This document shows positions 34,051-35,947 of a stretch of DNA of 35,947 nucleotides, piece after piece (positions within the stretch are counted from its first letter, which is position 1; every line of letters starts with the position of its first letter). The notes beneath the pieces are model-generated. The model saw only the letters and a list, made by a program, of their open reading frames with translations. It did no database searches and was not told the origin of the DNA. The translations under genes and the position numbers were made by a program. This DNA is from Dehalococcoidia bacterium (lineage in GTDB: Bacteria > Chloroflexota > Dehalococcoidia > E44-bin15): positions 1 to 35,947 of the forward strand of contig SOJQ01000083.1 in NCBI GenBank assembly GCA_004376075.1, given 5' to 3'.

Positions 34051-34890
34051 ATGATAAAGCTAACAGAATTGGAGCAACTAATTGAAGTAACGCTGTTCAC
34101 GGGTTGGATAAAGGACGAAAGGCCGGTAAGTCTGATAATTATCGCTGAGCCAGAATCGGGCAAAACCGAGCTGGTGAAGAAGGCACAGAGGGTGAAGGGA
34201 GTCCCCTATCTCACAGATGCTACAGCTTGGGGAATCGTTGACAACTATTGGGACAAGATAGAAAAAAGGGTGGTGTGCCACATTATTATCCCCGACTTGA
34301 CCGTCCCTCTGGGAAAGCAAACAGAAACGAGAAAAGCCTTTACCAGGTTTCTCTCGGCCCTGATTGAGGAAGGCGTAGTCGAACTCCAGTCCTATGCCGT
34401 CCAAAAAACAGCAAAGGTTGAAGACTTGAGGTGCGGGCTTATCACGACCATTACCCCCGCCGCCCTGAGAGACCAGCGAGGTGGCTGGAGAAAGTTCGGG
34501 TTTATGTCGGGGCTTCTTCCGGTATCCTATTCCTATAGCCAGGGGACAATTAGAGAGATATTCCAATCAATACTCAGGCACCAGTACCGGCGGGAGCAAC
34601 CCTTCGCAACAAAGGTCCCAGACCAGGATCTAGAGGTGCACTTGCCAGAAAACTTTGCTGGGGAGATACAATCCTATGCCATAATATTCGGCCAAGCTCA
34701 GCAACTGTATGGTTTCAGGCTTCAAAAACAGCTTCAAACGCTGATGATGGGAAGTGCCCTGTATCACGGCAGGGACGAAGTAAATCAGGAAGACTTCGAT
34801 TTTGTCCGTAACATGGTTTTGGACTACTTTGGCCGTTTTCTGGGACTGAATATGGCAACAAATTATAGCTTCTTAAGCTCGAATTCTTAA
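34051..34890 (+). CDS. Hypothetical P-loop NTPase-like protein
   Basis: I chose ATG 34051 (preceded by AAAGGAGGAAGA) over the ORF-track start at 33967. It has a Walker-A-like IIIAEPESGKTELV and a possible Walker B VVCHIIIPDL. I do not recognise a family. Two sampled lines give about 42-43% G+C, lower than the core genes. Confidence 0.5.
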   Translation: MIKLTELEQLIEVTLFTGWIKDERPVSLIIIAEPESGKTELVKKAQRVKGVPYLTDATAWGIVDNYWDKIEKRVVCHIIIPDLTVPLGKQTETRKAFTRFLSALIEEGVVELQSYAVQKTAKVEDLRCGLITTITPAALRDQRGGWRKFGFMSGLLPVSYSYSQGTIREIFQSILRHQYRREQPFATKVPDQDLEVHLPENFAGEIQSYAIIFGQAQQLYGFRLQKQLQTLMMGSALYHGRDEVNQEDFDFVRNMVLDYFGRFLGLNMATNYSFLSSNS

Positions 34891-34902
34891 AAAGGTAGGA
34901 GC

Positions 34903-35493
34903 GTGCACGTGTTCTTCAAGAAAAAGTACAAAAATCGCCAGGTCTTCGGGTTTCTGTGTGACAGGGCCTTGGCCTTGCGCATCAAAATGCTGGCCGGTGT
35001 CATCAAAGTGCCCATCTATTGCCTATGTGAGCACCTGCTGCAGCTCGGTCTGGCGCATATCAGCGCCGAAATCGGCAGCAATCTTGAAAACCTGGAGCCA
35101 ATGGAGGAGGAGCTCCGGGAGCATTTGCTCAGCCAGCACCTGCTGGTAGAAAGATTAGACGATGAGGGATATGAGCAAAACCTCATCGTGAAACATGCAG
35201 GGCTCACCTCGGATGAAGAGAAGCTGGCCAAAGCAGTTATCGACCTTGTCAAAAGGTTCGAGGATGAGGGAATCCCACACGGTCTGGCTATCGAGATTAT
35301 ACAGGAACTGGCAACACGGCTCGAGAGGCGGCGCAAGGTGCAGCAAATGGAGCGAGAGCTCCGGCGGCAGATCGACCTCGAGACGCTACAACAGATCAAC
35401 GAGAGGTTCCCAGGATTAATACCTGGGCTGCTGAAGTTGATGGCCAAATATCCAACGGAGGACCTGGAACGCGCCGTGTCTCCGATCAGGTGA
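34903..35493 (+). CDS. Hypothetical protein: possible N-terminal ribbon-helix-helix, helical acidic C-terminus
   Basis: The N-terminal pattern of a beta-strand and two helices (QVFGFLCDRALALRIKMLAGVIKVPIYCLCEHLLQLGL) is RHH-like. The remainder is E/L/R-rich. The start is uncertain: GTG 34903, or GTG 34909, which has better spacing from AGGAG (34897-34901). Confidence 0.45.
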   Translation: MHVFFKKKYKNRQVFGFLCDRALALRIKMLAGVIKVPIYCLCEHLLQLGLAHISAEIGSNLENLEPMEEELREHLLSQHLLVERLDDEGYEQNLIVKHAGLTSDEEKLAKAVIDLVKRFEDEGIPHGLAIEIIQELATRLERRRKVQQMERELRRQIDLETLQQINERFPGLIPGLLKLMAKYPTEDLERAVSPIR

Positions 35494-35582
35494 TAACCCA
35501 TCGTCATCTTCGCAGGCTCAGGCTCGGTGCCCGGTTGTTGGCCATCTTGTCCCGACGCTGAGGAACTTTATGGAATTCGGTA

Positions 35583-35762
35583 ATGTATGGGTGGCAACTT
35601 GTCAAGAAAAGCGGAATTGTTGCTATGGATGGAGGAATGCTCGCTGCATTCCTAGCTGACCATGACGTTGGCCTTATTGTGGATGAACAGGGCGCAAGAC
35701 AATTCTCCAGAGACGCCTTATTTGAGTGGTTGACGAAACCCGCTGTCGATTCATCCACTTGA
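35583..35762 (+). CDS. Possible small ORF (59 aa), not in the ORF track
   Basis: The product is MYGWQLVKKSGIVAMDGGMLAAFLADHDVGLIVDEQGARQFSRDALFEWLTKPAVDSST*. Its composition is more protein-like than the overlapping 84-aa minus-strand ORF (35504-35758), and it is co-directional with its neighbours. I see no clear Shine-Dalgarno. Confidence 0.25.
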   Translation: MYGWQLVKKSGIVAMDGGMLAAFLADHDVGLIVDEQGARQFSRDALFEWLTKPAVDSST

Positions 35763-35947
35763 GTAGCAGGAGTGCCGCCTTGCTTCTGAATTCAATGACT
35801 GTGCTCAACCGTTGGACTTGTGCCGCAATCCGCTGCTAGACATTTCGTCAGAAAGTGCAATCGCCTCTACTTTTAGCATGAAGCCATGCATCACGTGGAA
35901 GGTATGATTTCCACATAATTGGGATTATCTGCCTAACCTGTAGATTG

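Noticed and set aside
35016-35507. 163-aa minus-strand ORF opposite 34903-35493
   Set aside because: The product is extremely S/R/C-rich (…SRSICRRSSRSICCTLRRLSSRV…), the signature of the antisense frame of an E/L/R-rich helical protein. The plus-strand ORF was retained.
35504-35758. 84-aa minus-strand ORF near the right edge
   Set aside because: The product is rich in S, P, A and C, has no recognisable motif and has no Shine-Dalgarno. The overlapping plus-strand 59-aa frame looks more protein-like, although that one is also low-confidence.
1-35947. Whole-window scan for CRISPR arrays, tRNA/rRNA genes, IS elements/transposases and integrases
   Set aside because: I saw no regularly spaced direct repeats, no cloverleaf-capable 70-90-nt segments in the intergenic regions, and no DDE, serine-recombinase or tyrosine-recombinase-like ORFs. 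A by-eye scan can miss divergent elements, so tRNAscan-SE, Infernal and ISEScan would be the definitive checks.

Overview
This is a bacterial chromosomal window of about 35.9 kb. All calls come from reading the supplied translations and DNA by eye and from remembered family motifs; nothing was searched or computed. Most of the window is G+C-rich, tightly packed housekeeping DNA: cmk-plsC-ispH, a PEP-synthase remnant coupled to ppdK, dgt-dnaG-rpoD, ffh, an RNase J-like beta-CASP gene followed by an sbcC/rad50-like gene, csp, an HD hydrolase, uvrA, a zinc-ribbon protein, DUF503, an MrfA/YprA-type DEAH helicase, corA, a yhhQ-like transporter, an MBL hydrolase, a Mut7-C nuclease, an HDAC-family deacetylase, an AmmeMemoRadiSam radical-SAM enzyme, a nucleoside phosphorylase-like gene and cutA. 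The outstanding feature is a sharply AT-rich three-gene island on the minus strand at about 16.7-20.2 kb, wedged between sbcC and csp. It encodes (A) an RnlA/LsoA-like HEPN RNase with two TBP-like repeats and an R-x4-H motif, (B) a complete RNase HIII with apparently intact catalytic residues, sitting where RnlA systems normally carry a small antitoxin, and (C) a TPR protein ending in a degenerate cold-shock (OB) domain. I do not recognise this triad as any named toxin-antitoxin or phage-defence system and propose it as a candidate new abortive-infection/TA module. Secondary observations are: an in-frame, internally deleted PpsA relic translationally coupled to ppdK; a preQ1-I-like hairpin/pseudoknot directly upstream of the yhhQ-like gene; an sbcC-like gene paired with a beta-CASP nuclease instead of sbcD; long-range inverted repeats in the convergent spacer before cutA; ACTAGG repeats over a promoter in the uvrA divergent region; and a cluster of orphan genes at the right edge that may be a mobile-element remnant. 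I found no tRNA, rRNA, CRISPR array, transposase or integrase.
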